Source: Acidobacteriota bacterium
GTDB lineage: Bacteria; Acidobacteriota; CAIWXX01
Reading direction: 5' to 3'
Assembly (NCBI GenBank): GCA_040755995.1
Contig: JBFMAF010000032.1
Location: 321,306 to 385,305 of the forward strand
DNA length: 64,000 bases
Shown here: in pieces, positions 44,732-62,323 of the stretch
Layout: the number at the start of each line of letters is the position of its first letter
How positions within the stretch are numbered: the first letter of the stretch is position 1
Notes under the pieces: model-generated
What the model saw: only the letters and a program-made list of their open reading frames with translations
Database searches by the model: none
Told to the model about the DNA's origin: nothing
Made by a program: the position numbers and the translations under genes

Positions 44732-45391
44732 ATGCCCATCCGCGTTCTCCTGGTTGACGATCACCAGCTGGTGCGGGAGGGGTTCCGCTCGATGCTGGAG
44801 GGGGTCGTGGATATCGAGGTCGTCGGCTCCACCGGTGAGTCCCGGCTCGTGCCAGACCTGGTCGCGCGTCTCCGCCCGGACGTCGTCGTCCTCGATCTGA
44901 TGATGCCTGGACCGAGCGGGTTGGACCTCGCCGGGCTGATCAGTCACGGACAGGTAGCCGCCCGGATCGTGGTCCTCACGATGTACTGCGACCCGGCCTA
45001 TGTCCATGAGGCATTCCGAAAAGGAGCCGTGGGCTACGTGCTGAAGGGATCGAGTCGCGAGTCGTTGGTTGAGGCGATCCGGAGCGCTGCCGGCGGGGAG
45101 TACTACTTGTGTCCGGAGCTGGACAGGGAGGCGATCGACGCGTTCGCCCGCAGAGCCAGGGGCGCGTCCCTCGACTACTTCGACGCGCTGACGGCACGCG
45201 AACGGGAGGTTCTGCAACTGGCGGCCCTCGGCCTCCTCAACAAACAGATCGCTGCCCGTCTATCCATCAGCGTCCGAACGGTGGAAACCCACCGCGCCCG
45301 CCTCATGCGCAAGCTCGGGCTCGGCTCCCAGACCGACCTGGTCCGCTACGCTATGCGCAAAGGCATTCTGCCGCCGGACTTCCAGATGTAG
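44732..45391 (+). CDS. NarL/LuxR-family response regulator
   Basis: VDDHQLVREG REC; LTAREREVL...TVETHRARLMRKL HTH. Confidence 0.96.
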   Translation: MPIRVLLVDDHQLVREGFRSMLEGVVDIEVVGSTGESRLVPDLVARLRPDVVVLDLMMPGPSGLDLAGLISHGQVAARIVVLTMYCDPAYVHEAFRKGAVGYVLKGSSRESLVEAIRSAAGGEYYLCPELDREAIDAFARRARGASLDYFDALTAREREVLQLAALGLLNKQIAARLSISVRTVETHRARLMRKLGLGSQTDLVRYAMRKGILPPDFQM

Positions 45392-45443
45392 TCACAGTGC
45401 CTACCCCGGGGCGGTCCGCGGCCGTGCGGCATGGGACCAACCA

Positions 45444-45677
45444 CAATGCGGAAATGCGGAAATGCGGAATGCGGAGTGCGGAATGCGGAATAGGGCAAAC
45501 CACCGCACGGCGGCCGAAACCGGCAGTGCGGAGCCGCCAATGAAGGTGCTCGGCCGCGGTCGGTGGCGTTGACAGATTCCGCATTCCGCATTGTGCACGC
45601 GTCGAGCACGAAGATATCCTCCGCGCCGGAGCCTGCAGGTGCGAGCAGCGACGCCCAACATGGCCGATTCGGCATTA
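45444..45677 (+). repeat. GGAATGC element copy E (complete, with tail) between convergent genes
   Basis: About 6 left-arm units, AATAGGGCAAACCACCG core, right arm, tail ending GACGCCCAAC. Confidence 0.92.
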
Positions 45678-47555
45678 GGAGGGTGGTTGGCGAAGCGGGA
45701 TGTCGACTGTGATGCAGGTGCCCCGTTCCGGCGAAGACTCGATGGTGAGTTGGCCACCGAAGGCCTGCGCCCTCTCGCGCATCCCGACCAGGCTGGCTGC
45801 CTGACCGCCGTGCAGTACGGCCGATGTGTCGAATCCATGACCGGCATCCTCGACCTGGATCCTTAGCGTTTCGCCGTCCGACCAGAGCCGGACGGCGGCG
45901 GCCTTGACTGCTGCGTGGCGCGCGACGTTGGACAGGCTCTCCTGGACGATCCGGTACGCGGCCGTCTCGATCTCCGGCGGGAACCTCCCATCACCCAGGT
46001 TCGCTTTGACCTCCACCAGGACCCCCGTGCGCCGTCCGAAGCGGTCCGTGAACGCGCTGAGGGCCGGGAGCAGCCCGAAATCGTCGAGACTCCTCGGCCG
46101 CAGGTCCTGCGTCATCTCACGGGTGCGGGCCAACAAGGAATGGACAAGTTGTACTGCATCGCCGGCCTGTCGTCGAGGGTCCGTGTCGGCCCCGCAGGCA
46201 GTCGCCTCCAGCAGCAGCCGAAGCTGAGTGAGACCCTGTCCCAGCTCGTCATGCAGGTTGCGGGCGATAGCCTTGCGCTCCTGTTCCTGAATCTCGGTCA
46301 ACCTGCGACTCAGCGCCTCCAGCTGGGCCTTCGCGGTGCGCTGTTGGTCAAACAGCCGTGCCTGAGAGATCGCGACGGCGGCCTGTTCGGCCAGTGCCCG
46401 CAAGAACTCACACTCCTCCCCTGTGAAAAACCGGGCTCTGCCAATGGCCAGAACACAGAGCAGTCCAACCAGCTCCTCACGGAACCGCATCGCTGCGAGG
46501 ACGACGGCGCGCACGTCGTCGCGCTGGAGAAGCTCCGCGTAACCGGCATCGGGGATCTTTGCGATGTTGGAAATGGGGATGACATCTTTACCTTCTCGAA
46601 ACGCATCCTCAACGAGGTTGAGTGGGAGCGATTCGCGGGCGGAGAACCCTAGTAGGGGGTGCCCGGCAGCGCTGGCGCGTACAAGGACATGCCGGTCGGC
46701 ATCGCACAGGAACAGGCTGCATCTCTGCACCCCCAGCGCGCGCACCGCCTCATCGCACACCGTCTTCATGATCTCCGGCAGATCCAGGTGCGCGCCGATC
46801 CGGATGGCCACACGGGCGAGGGCGTCTGCCAACGCTGCCGATCGAAGTGCCCGCCTCTCGGCCGCCCTCCGCTCAGCCACCTCCTCGCCCAGCTTCTCAT
46901 TCACCTGCGAAAGCTGACCGGTGCGCTGCCGCACCATCTCTTCCATCCTGTCGCGCCCTCTTCGGAGCGCGTCGACCATCCGCTGGTGACGGACTGCCAT
47001 CGCGTAGATGTCCGCCAGCCTCTTGATGAGCTCCAAGTCCGAGTTGTTGTAGTTGCGTGTGGCGTTTGCCACCGAGACCTGCCCGAGCACCTCGCCTTCT
47101 GCCACCGCCGGCGCGGATAGGAATCGTTCGATCGGGAGATGGCCCCGGGGCGGACCGCCCCCCCACCTCGGATCTTGCTCCGGGGCGTTGGTCACGAGCA
47201 GCTCACGATGAATCAGTACCCATCCCCACAAGCCCGTAAACTCCTCGAACACTATGCTCTTGCCCGGCACCTTGCATGCGTGCCAGACATCCTTCGTCAG
47301 CGTGGGGACGATCATGTGGCCCGTCGGCTCGTCGATGTACCCGACGTAGCCCAGCGGGCTGCCCGTAAGTCGCTTGGCACAACCGAGCACCAGGTCGGCG
47401 ATCTCCTCGATCGTATGAGGCGACAGCAGCGCCTTCGAAACTTCCGCCAGGTCGTCGCGCCACGGGCCCCCGGGCCGCGAGGTCCGTGCATCCGGCGGGG
47501 GCCGCCTGGTCAGGCCCCTGCCAGGCCTAGATCTCGTGCCGGACTTTTTCGCCAT
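45675..47555 (-). CDS. Soluble GAF-GAF sensor histidine kinase (HisKA_3/NarX type)
   Basis: ERKAIARNLHDELGQ H-box; QESLSNVARHA; EDAGHGF; GMRERA. Confidence 0.93.
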   Translation of the reverse strand: MAKKSGTRSRPGRGLTRRPPPDARTSRPGGPWRDDLAEVSKALLSPHTIEEIADLVLGCAKRLTGSPLGYVGYIDEPTGHMIVPTLTKDVWHACKVPGKSIVFEEFTGLWGWVLIHRELLVTNAPEQDPRWGGGPPRGHLPIERFLSAPAVAEGEVLGQVSVANATRNYNNSDLELIKRLADIYAMAVRHQRMVDALRRGRDRMEEMVRQRTGQLSQVNEKLGEEVAERRAAERRALRSAALADALARVAIRIGAHLDLPEIMKTVCDEAVRALGVQRCSLFLCDADRHVLVRASAAGHPLLGFSARESLPLNLVEDAFREGKDVIPISNIAKIPDAGYAELLQRDDVRAVVLAAMRFREELVGLLCVLAIGRARFFTGEECEFLRALAEQAAVAISQARLFDQQRTAKAQLEALSRRLTEIQEQERKAIARNLHDELGQGLTQLRLLLEATACGADTDPRRQAGDAVQLVHSLLARTREMTQDLRPRSLDDFGLLPALSAFTDRFGRRTGVLVEVKANLGDGRFPPEIETAAYRIVQESLSNVARHAAVKAAAVRLWSDGETLRIQVEDAGHGFDTSAVLHGGQAASLVGMRERAQAFGGQLTIESSPERGTCITVDIPLRQPPS

Positions 47556-47616
47556 CCGTCGCCGATTCCTGGATTCCCAATTCTACCATACAGAGGCGGC
47601 CCGCATGCGACGCAGG

Positions 47617-47658
47617 AGATTTCAGGATTTCAGATTCAGATTGCAGATCTCAGATTGG
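47617..47658. repeat. (CAGATTN)n heptamer tract
   Basis: GAGATTTCAGGATTTCAGATTCAGATTGCAGATCTCAGATTGG. Confidence 0.8.
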
Positions 47659-48276
47659 CTGCGATGCCGGAGGCGACGGCAGCCCCACACCCGGGCCTGT
47701 GCGGATCGCCAGGTCAGGACGACCAAGACGCCAGCGACCTCGGCGCCTGGGCTGTGCCGGAGCTGATATTACCTGAAGATATGTTGCCGGTCGGCGGGAA
47801 GTCCTCGAGAGGTTGCGGGCCCACGATGCACGGTCAGTGTGCGTCGCCGACTGGGCAGGCTCCATCCACCTGGCGCAGTGCAAATGAGTAGAATTACTGA
47901 TGGAATAGTGCTATTTCACCGGAGTAGACTTACAAAGTAGACACCCTGTTTGGCCGGGTTGGGAGTGTTCGGCCCGGTTGTACCGAGGGAGTGAATGCGT
48001 GCAAGACACACGGGCGGGTTTGAGGTGTCTCCCGACATCCGCGCACACTGCGCTTTGTCGACGATGTGACCGCGTGGACCTGCCCGTAGGGCTCCAGGTC
48101 GGCTCGAAAATATTTTCGAGGCTCGACGCAAGATATCGCCCACTCACCAAATCATCCTACAGTGGGGGCGATCCTGGGCCGAGCGGGTCCGGATCCCAAG
48201 AAGGAGGGTTTGAGGCGATGTGCGTCGGTCGGCCAGCTCCCACGCGTGGCCGGAACCCTTGGCGCAGGGGGCTTCT

Positions 48277-50577
48277 ATGAAACTGCTTCGCGTGCTGATC
48301 GTCGAAGACAACGAAGACGACGCCACCCTCATCCTACGTGAGCTGCGGCGCGGCGGCTACGAGCCTCTGCACGAGCGCGTGGAGACGGGGGAAGCCATGC
48401 TGGAGGCGTTGCAGGGCCGCGAGTGGGACCTGGTGACCTCCGACTACTCGATGCCGGCCTTCTCCGGCCCGGCCGCCTTGCAGACGTTGAAGGAGACCGG
48501 CCTGGACCTGCCGTTCATCATCGTGTCCGGGACGATCGGCGAGGAGACGGCGGTCGCTGCCCTGAAAGCTGGCGCGCACGACTTCGTCGTGAAGAGCCAG
48601 CTCGCGCGGTTCCTCCCGGCCGTCGAACGCGAGCTGGGCGACGCAAGGGTGCGTCGTCTTGAGCGAGAGGCACAACGAACGGCGCAGGATAGTGCGGCGC
48701 AACTTCGTGCGATCTTCGATGCGTTCCCGGATCTGTTTTTCCGTATGGATCTGAATGGGACAATTCTGGACTGCCACGCTGGGAAGGGTGCTCCCCTCCA
48801 TCTCGCCCCAGAAGCGTTCCTGGGCAGACGGATACAGGATGCACTCCCGGCTGAGGCGGGCGGGAGGTTCGCCGGCGCCTTCCGCCTGCTGAGAGAAGCT
48901 GGGGATGCAATCGCAATAGAATATGAGCTACCGACGCCAAACGGTGGGCACTGGTACGAGGCTCGGCTCGTACCCCTGCCTGAGTCGCAAGTCGTGGCCG
49001 TCGTCCGCGACGTCTCCGACAGGAGGAGGGCGGAGGAACTGCTGAGAAAGTCCCGGCAGATGCTACAGCTGGTTCTCGACAACATCCCCCAGCGCGTCTT
49101 TTGGAAAGATCGCGACTCTGTCTACCTCGGGTGCAACCGTCCCATGGCGCAGGATGCCGGGCTGCCGAATGCCGATGCTATCGCCGGCAAGCGCGACGCG
49201 GAGATGCCCTGGAAAGAAGCGGCGCAAACACATGTCGCCGACGACCGTCAGGTGATGGAGACCAACTCCCCGAAGTTGAACTTCGAGGAATCTCTGCCGG
49301 TCGGGAAGGAGATCCGCCGCGTGCGCACGAGCAAGGTGCCACTCTGCGACGGCGGCGGCGCCGTTGTGGGCCTGCTGGGCACCTACGAGGACATCACCGA
49401 ACAGAAGAAGCTCGAGGCCCAGTTTCTTCGCGCCCAGCGGCTCGAATGCATCGGCACGCTCGCAAGCGGGATCGCCCACGATCTCAATAACGTTCTAGCC
49501 CCGATCATGATGTCGCTCGACGTCCTCCGTGAACGGCTCACTGCACCGGATGACGCTCCGGTGGTCGACACGATCGCCACCGCGACTCAGCGCGGGGCGG
49601 ATATCGTCAAACAGATCCTGAGCTTCGCGCGCGGGGGAATCGAGGGCGAGCGCCTCGTCCTGCAACCCGGGCACCTGATTCGTGACCTCGTCGAGAAGAT
49701 CCTCAAGCAGACCTTCCCCAAATCGATCAGAATCGCGACGGAGATCGCCAAAGATCTCTGGACCGTCAACGGTGATCCAACACAACTCCAACAGGTCTTC
49801 TTGAATCTCTGCGTAAATGCCCGCGACGCGATGCCGTCGGGAGGCGTTCTCACGATGAGAGCGGAAAACGCCTCGGTCGACGCGCACTGTGCGCGAATGC
49901 ACATCGACGCCAGGCCGGGCTCATACGTGGCCATAGAAGTCTCCGATACGGGCACCGGAATCCCACCGGAAGTCATCGACAAGGTTTTCGACCCGTTCTT
50001 CACGACCAAGGAGCCGGGCAAAGGCACCGGCCTCGGCCTCGCCACCACTCTCTCCATCGTCAAGAGCCACGGCGGATTCATCAATCTCTACAGTGAGCTG
50101 GGCACGGGCACTCGGTTAAAGGTCTACCTCCCATCGACGACCACCGGGGTCGCGGCCTCGCCCGGCGCGCCCGAGCCGAACAGACCGAAGGGCGCAGGGG
50201 AGATGATCATTCTGGTGGACGACGAAGCCTCGGTCCGGGACGTCACCGCCGTGACCCTGAGATCGAACGGGTATCGCATTCTGACCGCCGGCGACGGCGC
50301 CGAGGCCGTGGCCCTCCTCGCGCAGCACCCGAACGAAGTCAACCTGGTGCTGACCGACATGATGATGCCCATCTTGGACGGCGCTGCGACGATCCGTGCT
50401 GTGCGCAAGCTGAATCCGTCTATCAAGGTGATCGCTAGCAGCGGCCTTTCAGAGTATGCCGCCATAGTCGAGGCACAGAGCCTGGGTATACAGGGATTCC
50501 TGGCCAAACCATACACCGCTGAGGCGCTATTGAAGGCGGTGCACGAAGTCATAACTCGCGACAGGAAGCAGCCATGA
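48277..50577 (+). CDS. Hybrid sensor kinase REC-PAS-PAS-HisKA-HATPase-REC
   Basis: [19 protein letters not shown] and DPFFTTK...GTGLGL motifs; receiver domains at both ends. Confidence 0.95.
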   Translation: MKLLRVLIVEDNEDDATLILRELRRGGYEPLHERVETGEAMLEALQGREWDLVTSDYSMPAFSGPAALQTLKETGLDLPFIIVSGTIGEETAVAALKAGAHDFVVKSQLARFLPAVERELGDARVRRLEREAQRTAQDSAAQLRAIFDAFPDLFFRMDLNGTILDCHAGKGAPLHLAPEAFLGRRIQDALPAEAGGRFAGAFRLLREAGDAIAIEYELPTPNGGHWYEARLVPLPESQVVAVVRDVSDRRRAEELLRKSRQMLQLVLDNIPQRVFWKDRDSVYLGCNRPMAQDAGLPNADAIAGKRDAEMPWKEAAQTHVADDRQVMETNSPKLNFEESLPVGKEIRRVRTSKVPLCDGGGAVVGLLGTYEDITEQKKLEAQFLRAQRLECIGTLASGIAHDLNNVLAPIMMSLDVLRERLTAPDDAPVVDTIATATQRGADIVKQILSFARGGIEGERLVLQPGHLIRDLVEKILKQTFPKSIRIATEIAKDLWTVNGDPTQLQQVFLNLCVNARDAMPSGGVLTMRAENASVDAHCARMHIDARPGSYVAIEVSDTGTGIPPEVIDKVFDPFFTTKEPGKGTGLGLATTLSIVKSHGGFINLYSELGTGTRLKVYLPSTTTGVAASPGAPEPNRPKGAGEMIILVDDEASVRDVTAVTLRSNGYRILTAGDGAEAVALLAQHPNEVNLVLTDMMMPILDGAATIRAVRKLNPSIKVIASSGLSEYAAIVEAQSLGIQGFLAKPYTAEALLKAVHEVITRDRKQP

Positions 50578-50619
50578 AATCTGGTAGCCAATGTAACGTA
50601 GCTTGACTGACCAACAGCC

Positions 50620-58104
<7,485 letters not shown>

Positions 58105-58110
58105 GGCTCC

Positions 58111-58254
58111 GAAATGCGGAATGCGGAATGCGGAATAGGGCGAACTACCGTACGGTGTCCAAGAAAACCAATGCGGAGCCACCGCCAGAGGCGCATGGCC
58201 GCGGACAGGCGTTCTGGCTAATTCCGCACTCCGCATTCCGCATTCCGCATTATG
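58111..58254 (+). repeat. GGAATGC element copy F
   Basis: (GGAATGC)n-core-(GCATTCC)n, starting 6 bp after the kinase stop. Confidence 0.93.
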
Positions 58255-58317
58255 GTGGCTTGCGTCCAGATGGGCCTAGGAGCGCATGAGCGCAGAAGGA
58301 TCGCCAGTGGTCGAAAA

Positions 58318-58668
58318 ATGAGTGTTGAGGAGTTGAAGGGGAGGACCAAGCGATTCGCCTTGGAGGTGCTAATGTTCGCGAAGTCATTGCCTCGGGGCCC
58401 GATCTCGGATGTCTTGGGCAGACAGATGATGCGATCGGGAACGTCTGTGGGAGCGAACTACAGGGCTGCGTGCAGAGCCAAGTCTAATGCGGACTTCGTC
58501 TCGAAGATGGGGACCGTCGAGGAGGAGCTGGATGAGACGATGTACTGGATGGAGATGCTGGTCGAAGCAGGGATCGTCCGAGCGGAGAAGACTACGTCCC
58601 TGATGAAGGAGGCCAATCAACTCTTGGCAATCACCGTGGCCAGTATCCGAACGGCGAGAAGAAGGTGA
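58318..58668 (+). CDS. Four-helix-bundle protein (23S rRNA IVP / Avd-like family)
   Basis: RTKRFAL...QMMRSGTSVGANYRAACRAKS...DFVSK...EE.DETMYW signature. Confidence 0.93.
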   Translation: MSVEELKGRTKRFALEVLMFAKSLPRGPISDVLGRQMMRSGTSVGANYRAACRAKSNADFVSKMGTVEEELDETMYWMEMLVEAGIVRAEKTTSLMKEANQLLAITVASIRTARRR

Positions 58669-58672
58669 CAGA

Positions 58673-58930
58673 GAAATGCGGAATGCGGAATGCGGAATGC
58701 GGAATAGGGTGAACCACCGCCCGGTGTCCGAGACGGCCAGTGCGGAGCCACCGCCAGCAGCTCATGGCCACGGACAGTCGTTGTGGCAGATTCCGCATTC
58801 CGCATTCCGCATTCCGCATTATGCCTGCGTCGGCCACGAAGGTAACCTGCGCGCTACGGTCCGCAAATGTGAATCGGGACCCCCCCAACGTGGCAGATTC
58901 CGCATTCCGCATTCCGCATTCTGCATTGTG
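58673..58930 (+). repeat. GGAATGC element copy G (complete, with tail and second right arm)
   Basis: 4 left units, core, 4 right units, tail, then a further (GCATTCC) tract. Confidence 0.93.
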
Positions 58931-58982
58931 CCGACATCTGTTCCGATGGCTTCAGAAGCGCACGAGCGCAAAAGGACGACCA

Positions 58983-59813
58983 GTGGCTGAGAAGAACCAT
59001 ACCGTCGAGGATCTCGAATTCCGCTTGCTACTCGACGCTATATATGACCGCTACGGTTTCGATTTCCGCGGCTACGCGCCGGCATCGCTGAAGCGACGCG
59101 TCTGGAAGTGCATCCAACAGGAGAAACTGACGACTGTCTCCGCTCTGCAGGACCGAATCCTGCATGATCCGGCGTGCATGGAACGGCTGCTGATGGTCAT
59201 TTCGGTTGACACCACGGCGATGTTCCGCGACCCGGGCTTCTATGCTTCACTGAGGAAGAATGTGCTGCCGGCGCTCAAGTCGCTGCCGTTGCTGCGGGTC
59301 TGGCACGTCGGATGCGCCACGGGTGAGGAAGTCTACTCGACGGCGATCCTGCTCCATGAAGAGGGACTGCACGACAAATGCAGGCTCTACGCCACCGACA
59401 TGAATGAAGCCCTGATCGAGAAGGCCAAGTCCGGCATCTTCGCTCTGGACGCCATGCGGGCGTACACCGACAACTACCTCAAGGCCGAGGGCAAGAAGTC
59501 ATTCTCCGAGTACTACACCGCAAAGTACGACAACGCGATTCTGCGGCCCGCACTGCGCAAGAACATCCTCTGGGCCCAGCACAACCTGGTCACCGACGGG
59601 TCGTTCAACGAGTTCCACCTGGTAATGTGCCGCAACGTCATGATCTACTTCGACCGGCCGCTCCAGAACCGCGTCCACGACCTCATCTATGACAGCCTGG
59701 CCCCCGGCGGCTTCCTCTGCCTCGGCCTCAAGGAATCAACCAAGTTCACCAGCCACGAAGCCGACTACGACATGGTGGACGCGGCGAACAAGGTCTTCAG
59801 AAGGCGGACCTGA
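58983..59813 (+). CDS. cheR: CheR-type protein-glutamate methyltransferase
   Basis: YGFDFRGY, MFRDP, GCATGEEVYS, ATDMN and CRNVMIYF motifs. Confidence 0.94.
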   Translation: MAEKNHTVEDLEFRLLLDAIYDRYGFDFRGYAPASLKRRVWKCIQQEKLTTVSALQDRILHDPACMERLLMVISVDTTAMFRDPGFYASLRKNVLPALKSLPLLRVWHVGCATGEEVYSTAILLHEEGLHDKCRLYATDMNEALIEKAKSGIFALDAMRAYTDNYLKAEGKKSFSEYYTAKYDNAILRPALRKNILWAQHNLVTDGSFNEFHLVMCRNVMIYFDRPLQNRVHDLIYDSLAPGGFLCLGLKESTKFTSHEADYDMVDAANKVFRRRT

Positions 59814-59816
59814 ACC

Positions 59817-59965
59817 GAATGCGGAATGCGAAGTGCGGAATGCGGAATAGGGCAAACCACCGCATGGTGTCCAAGACGACCAGTGCGGAGCCACCGCCAG
59901 TGGCGCACGGCCGCGGGCGGTCGTTGTGGCAGACTCCGCATTCCGCATGCCGAATTCCGCATTGT
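59817..59965 (+). repeat. GGAATGC element copy H
   Basis: Starts 3 bp after the cheR stop; same core. Confidence 0.93.
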
Positions 59966-60003
59966 ATTAGCCTCCGCGCTACGGCCCGCAAGAGCATACA
60001 GCG

Positions 60004-60615
60004 ATGAAACCTGAGATCATCGTAGTGGGCGCGTCTCTCGGCGGACTTCGCGCCTTGCAGACTGTGCTCAAGGCGTTGCCGCGCCTGTTCCCGGTGCCGG
60101 TTGTGATCGTGCAGCACCGGGACAAGGACGCCCGGGACACGCTGGCGGGGCTTCTGGCGGAGTCGACACCGCTCAGCGTCGTCGAACCCGATGACAAAGA
60201 GAGAATCGAGCCCGGACGGGTTTACCTGGCGGCTCCGGACTACCACCTCCTGATCGACCGTGATCACTTCGCCCTCTCAACCGATGCTCCGATCCTCTTC
60301 GCCAGGCCGTCGATCGACCTACTTTTCGAATCTGCTGCCGAAGTCTACGCGCAACGAGCCGTCGGCGTGATTCTGACCGGCGCCAACAGCGACGGCGCGC
60401 GTGGGCTGGCCGCCATCAAGGAACGCGGCGGCCTAACGATCGTACAGGACCCGACGACTGCGGATGCCCGGGCGATGCCAGATGCCGCCATTGCGACCAG
60501 AAGCGTAGACATGATCCTGCCCCTCGCGGAGATCGGACCCGTCCTGGCGAAACTGGGCCGCGTCGTGGGTCAGGACGCCCTGTGGGTGAGGGGAAGGAAG
60601 GGGCGCAGGACATAG
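60004..60615 (+). CDS. cheB: CheB methylesterase (no receiver domain)
   Basis: GASLGG (Ser), VQHR (His), RPSID and LTGANSDG (Asp) catalytic triad. Confidence 0.94.
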   Translation: MKPEIIVVGASLGGLRALQTVLKALPRLFPVPVVIVQHRDKDARDTLAGLLAESTPLSVVEPDDKERIEPGRVYLAAPDYHLLIDRDHFALSTDAPILFARPSIDLLFESAAEVYAQRAVGVILTGANSDGARGLAAIKERGGLTIVQDPTTADARAMPDAAIATRSVDMILPLAEIGPVLAKLGRVVGQDALWVRGRKGRRT

Positions 60616-60815
60616 AAATGCGGAATTCGGAATGCGGAATGCGGAATAGGGCGAACCACCGCCCGGTGTCCAAGACGACCGGTGCGGAGACACCGGCAGA
60701 GGTGCATGGCCGCGGGCGGTGGTTGTGGCAGATTCCGCATTCCGCATTCCGCATTATGCCTGCGCAGACCACGACGGCGGCCTCCGCGCCGCGGTCTACA
60801 GGTGTAGGCCCGAAG
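60615..60815 (+). repeat. GGAATGC element copy I (with partial tail)
   Basis: Overlaps the cheB stop; same core and arms. Confidence 0.92.
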
Positions 60816-60843
60816 CTTATGGCACTAGCCCAGAGGGGTCAAG

Positions 60844-61971
60844 ATGGACACACTAGAGAAGACCAACGTCCTACTTGTGGATGATCGCCCGGAGAACCTG
60901 ATGGCTTTGGAGACGATCCTCGCGGAGTTGGGGCAGAACATGGTCGAGGCGACCTCCGGAGAAGAGGCGTTGCGGCAGCTCCTCAAGATGGACTTCGCAG
61001 TCATCCTGCTCGACGTGCAGATGCCGGGGATGGACGGATTCGAGGTGGCCTCCGCGATTCGCGAACGCGACCGGTCGCGCGACACGCCCATCATCTTCCT
61101 GACCGCGATGGGCAGGAGCGACGAGCAGATCCGGAGAGGCTACTCGCTCGGCGCGGTCGACTACATCCTGAAACCGTTCGTCCCGGAGATACTCCGCTGG
61201 AAAGTCGCGGTACTCGTCAGCCTCTATCAGAAGACCGCCGAGCTGAGGGCACAGCTCGAGGAGAATCGGAGGCTGAACCGGGAGTTGGAGCTGGCGAACA
61301 AGGAGCTCGAGGCCTTCTCCTACAGCGTCTCCCACGACCTGCGCGCCCCTTTGCGGAGCCTGAGCGGCTTCAGCAAGGCGCTGATAGAAGACTACGGCGG
61401 CAGGCTCGACGACACGGCCTCCCACTACCTCGACCGCATCGCCGCGGCGAGCGAGCGGATGGACGGGATGATCACGGCGTTGCTCAACCTGAGCCGAGTT
61501 ACCCGGCATGAGATGAGGCGGACCGCCGTGGATGCCAGCTCAATGGCGGAGGACATAGCGGCGGAGCTGCAGGAGAGCGATCCGAGCCGCGATGCAGAGT
61601 TCATCGTCGAGCCGGGCGCCGTCGTGGACGCCGATGCCCATTTACTGCGCGTTGCGCTCGAAAACCTCCTCGGCAACGCCTGGAAATTCACGGCGAAGCG
61701 TGACCGCGCGCGCGTCGAGTTCGGCACGACAAACGCAGGTGAACAGCAAGCGTGCTTTGTCCGCGACAACGGCGCAGGATTCGACATGACTTACGCCGAG
61801 AAGCTCTTCGGCGCCTTCCAGCGGCTGCACAGCCAGAGCGAATTCTCCGGCCACGGCATCGGCCTTGCCACCGTGCAGCGAATCATCCACCGTCACGGCG
61901 GCCGAATATGGGCACAGGGAGAGGTGGGCAAGGGAGCCACATTCTTCTTCACGCTTGCCCCGGGGGGATAA
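60844..61971 (+). CDS. REC-histidine kinase
   Basis: VDDRPENL REC; SVSHDLRAP; NAWKFT; DNGAGF; FQRLH. Confidence 0.95.
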   Translation: MDTLEKTNVLLVDDRPENLMALETILAELGQNMVEATSGEEALRQLLKMDFAVILLDVQMPGMDGFEVASAIRERDRSRDTPIIFLTAMGRSDEQIRRGYSLGAVDYILKPFVPEILRWKVAVLVSLYQKTAELRAQLEENRRLNRELELANKELEAFSYSVSHDLRAPLRSLSGFSKALIEDYGGRLDDTASHYLDRIAAASERMDGMITALLNLSRVTRHEMRRTAVDASSMAEDIAAELQESDPSRDAEFIVEPGAVVDADAHLLRVALENLLGNAWKFTAKRDRARVEFGTTNAGEQQACFVRDNGAGFDMTYAEKLFGAFQRLHSQSEFSGHGIGLATVQRIIHRHGGRIWAQGEVGKGATFFFTLAPGG

Positions 61972-61977
61972 CAAACA

Positions 61978-62262
61978 GAAGTGCGGAATTCGGAATGCGG
62001 AACCACGGAAATGCGGAATGCGGAGTGCGGAATGCGGAATAGGGCAAACCACCGGTCGGTGGCTGGTACCACCTCAGGTCGGTGCGTTACCGAGAACAGA
62101 GTTGTTTGGCCGGGGGCGATGGTGTGGCAGATTCCGCATTCCGCATTCCGAATTCCGCATTGTGCCTGCATCAGTCACGACGGCAGCGCCCGTGCCGCGG
62201 CCCGCAGGACCGAACCCGGACGCCCAAAGCGGCAGATTCCGCATTCCGAATTCCGCATTATG
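61978..62262 (+). repeat. GGAATGC element copy J (leader, core, tail, second right arm)
   Basis: Longest copy; leader GCGGAACCACGGAAATGC shared with copies A and D. Confidence 0.93.
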
Positions 62263-62323
62263 CTTGCGTCGCTCATGACGGCCGCCTGCACCCCCGAGCG
62301 AGAAATGGAGGAACCACAGTTCC

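Noticed and set aside
47660..48276. Possible small gene or ncRNA in the long intergenic gap
   Set aside because: No ORF with recognisable motifs and no RNA family I can identify; treated as a divergent regulatory region
59846..59935. Element core as a c-di-GMP-I (GEMM) riboswitch, since AGGGCAAACC...GCGGAGCCAC resembles the aptamer and c-di-GMP genes are nearby
   Set aside because: No consistent GNRA tetraloop or receptor and no 3' P1 strand; copies also lie between convergent genes and one core is inverted. An Infernal search with the Rfam c-di-GMP-I model would settle it
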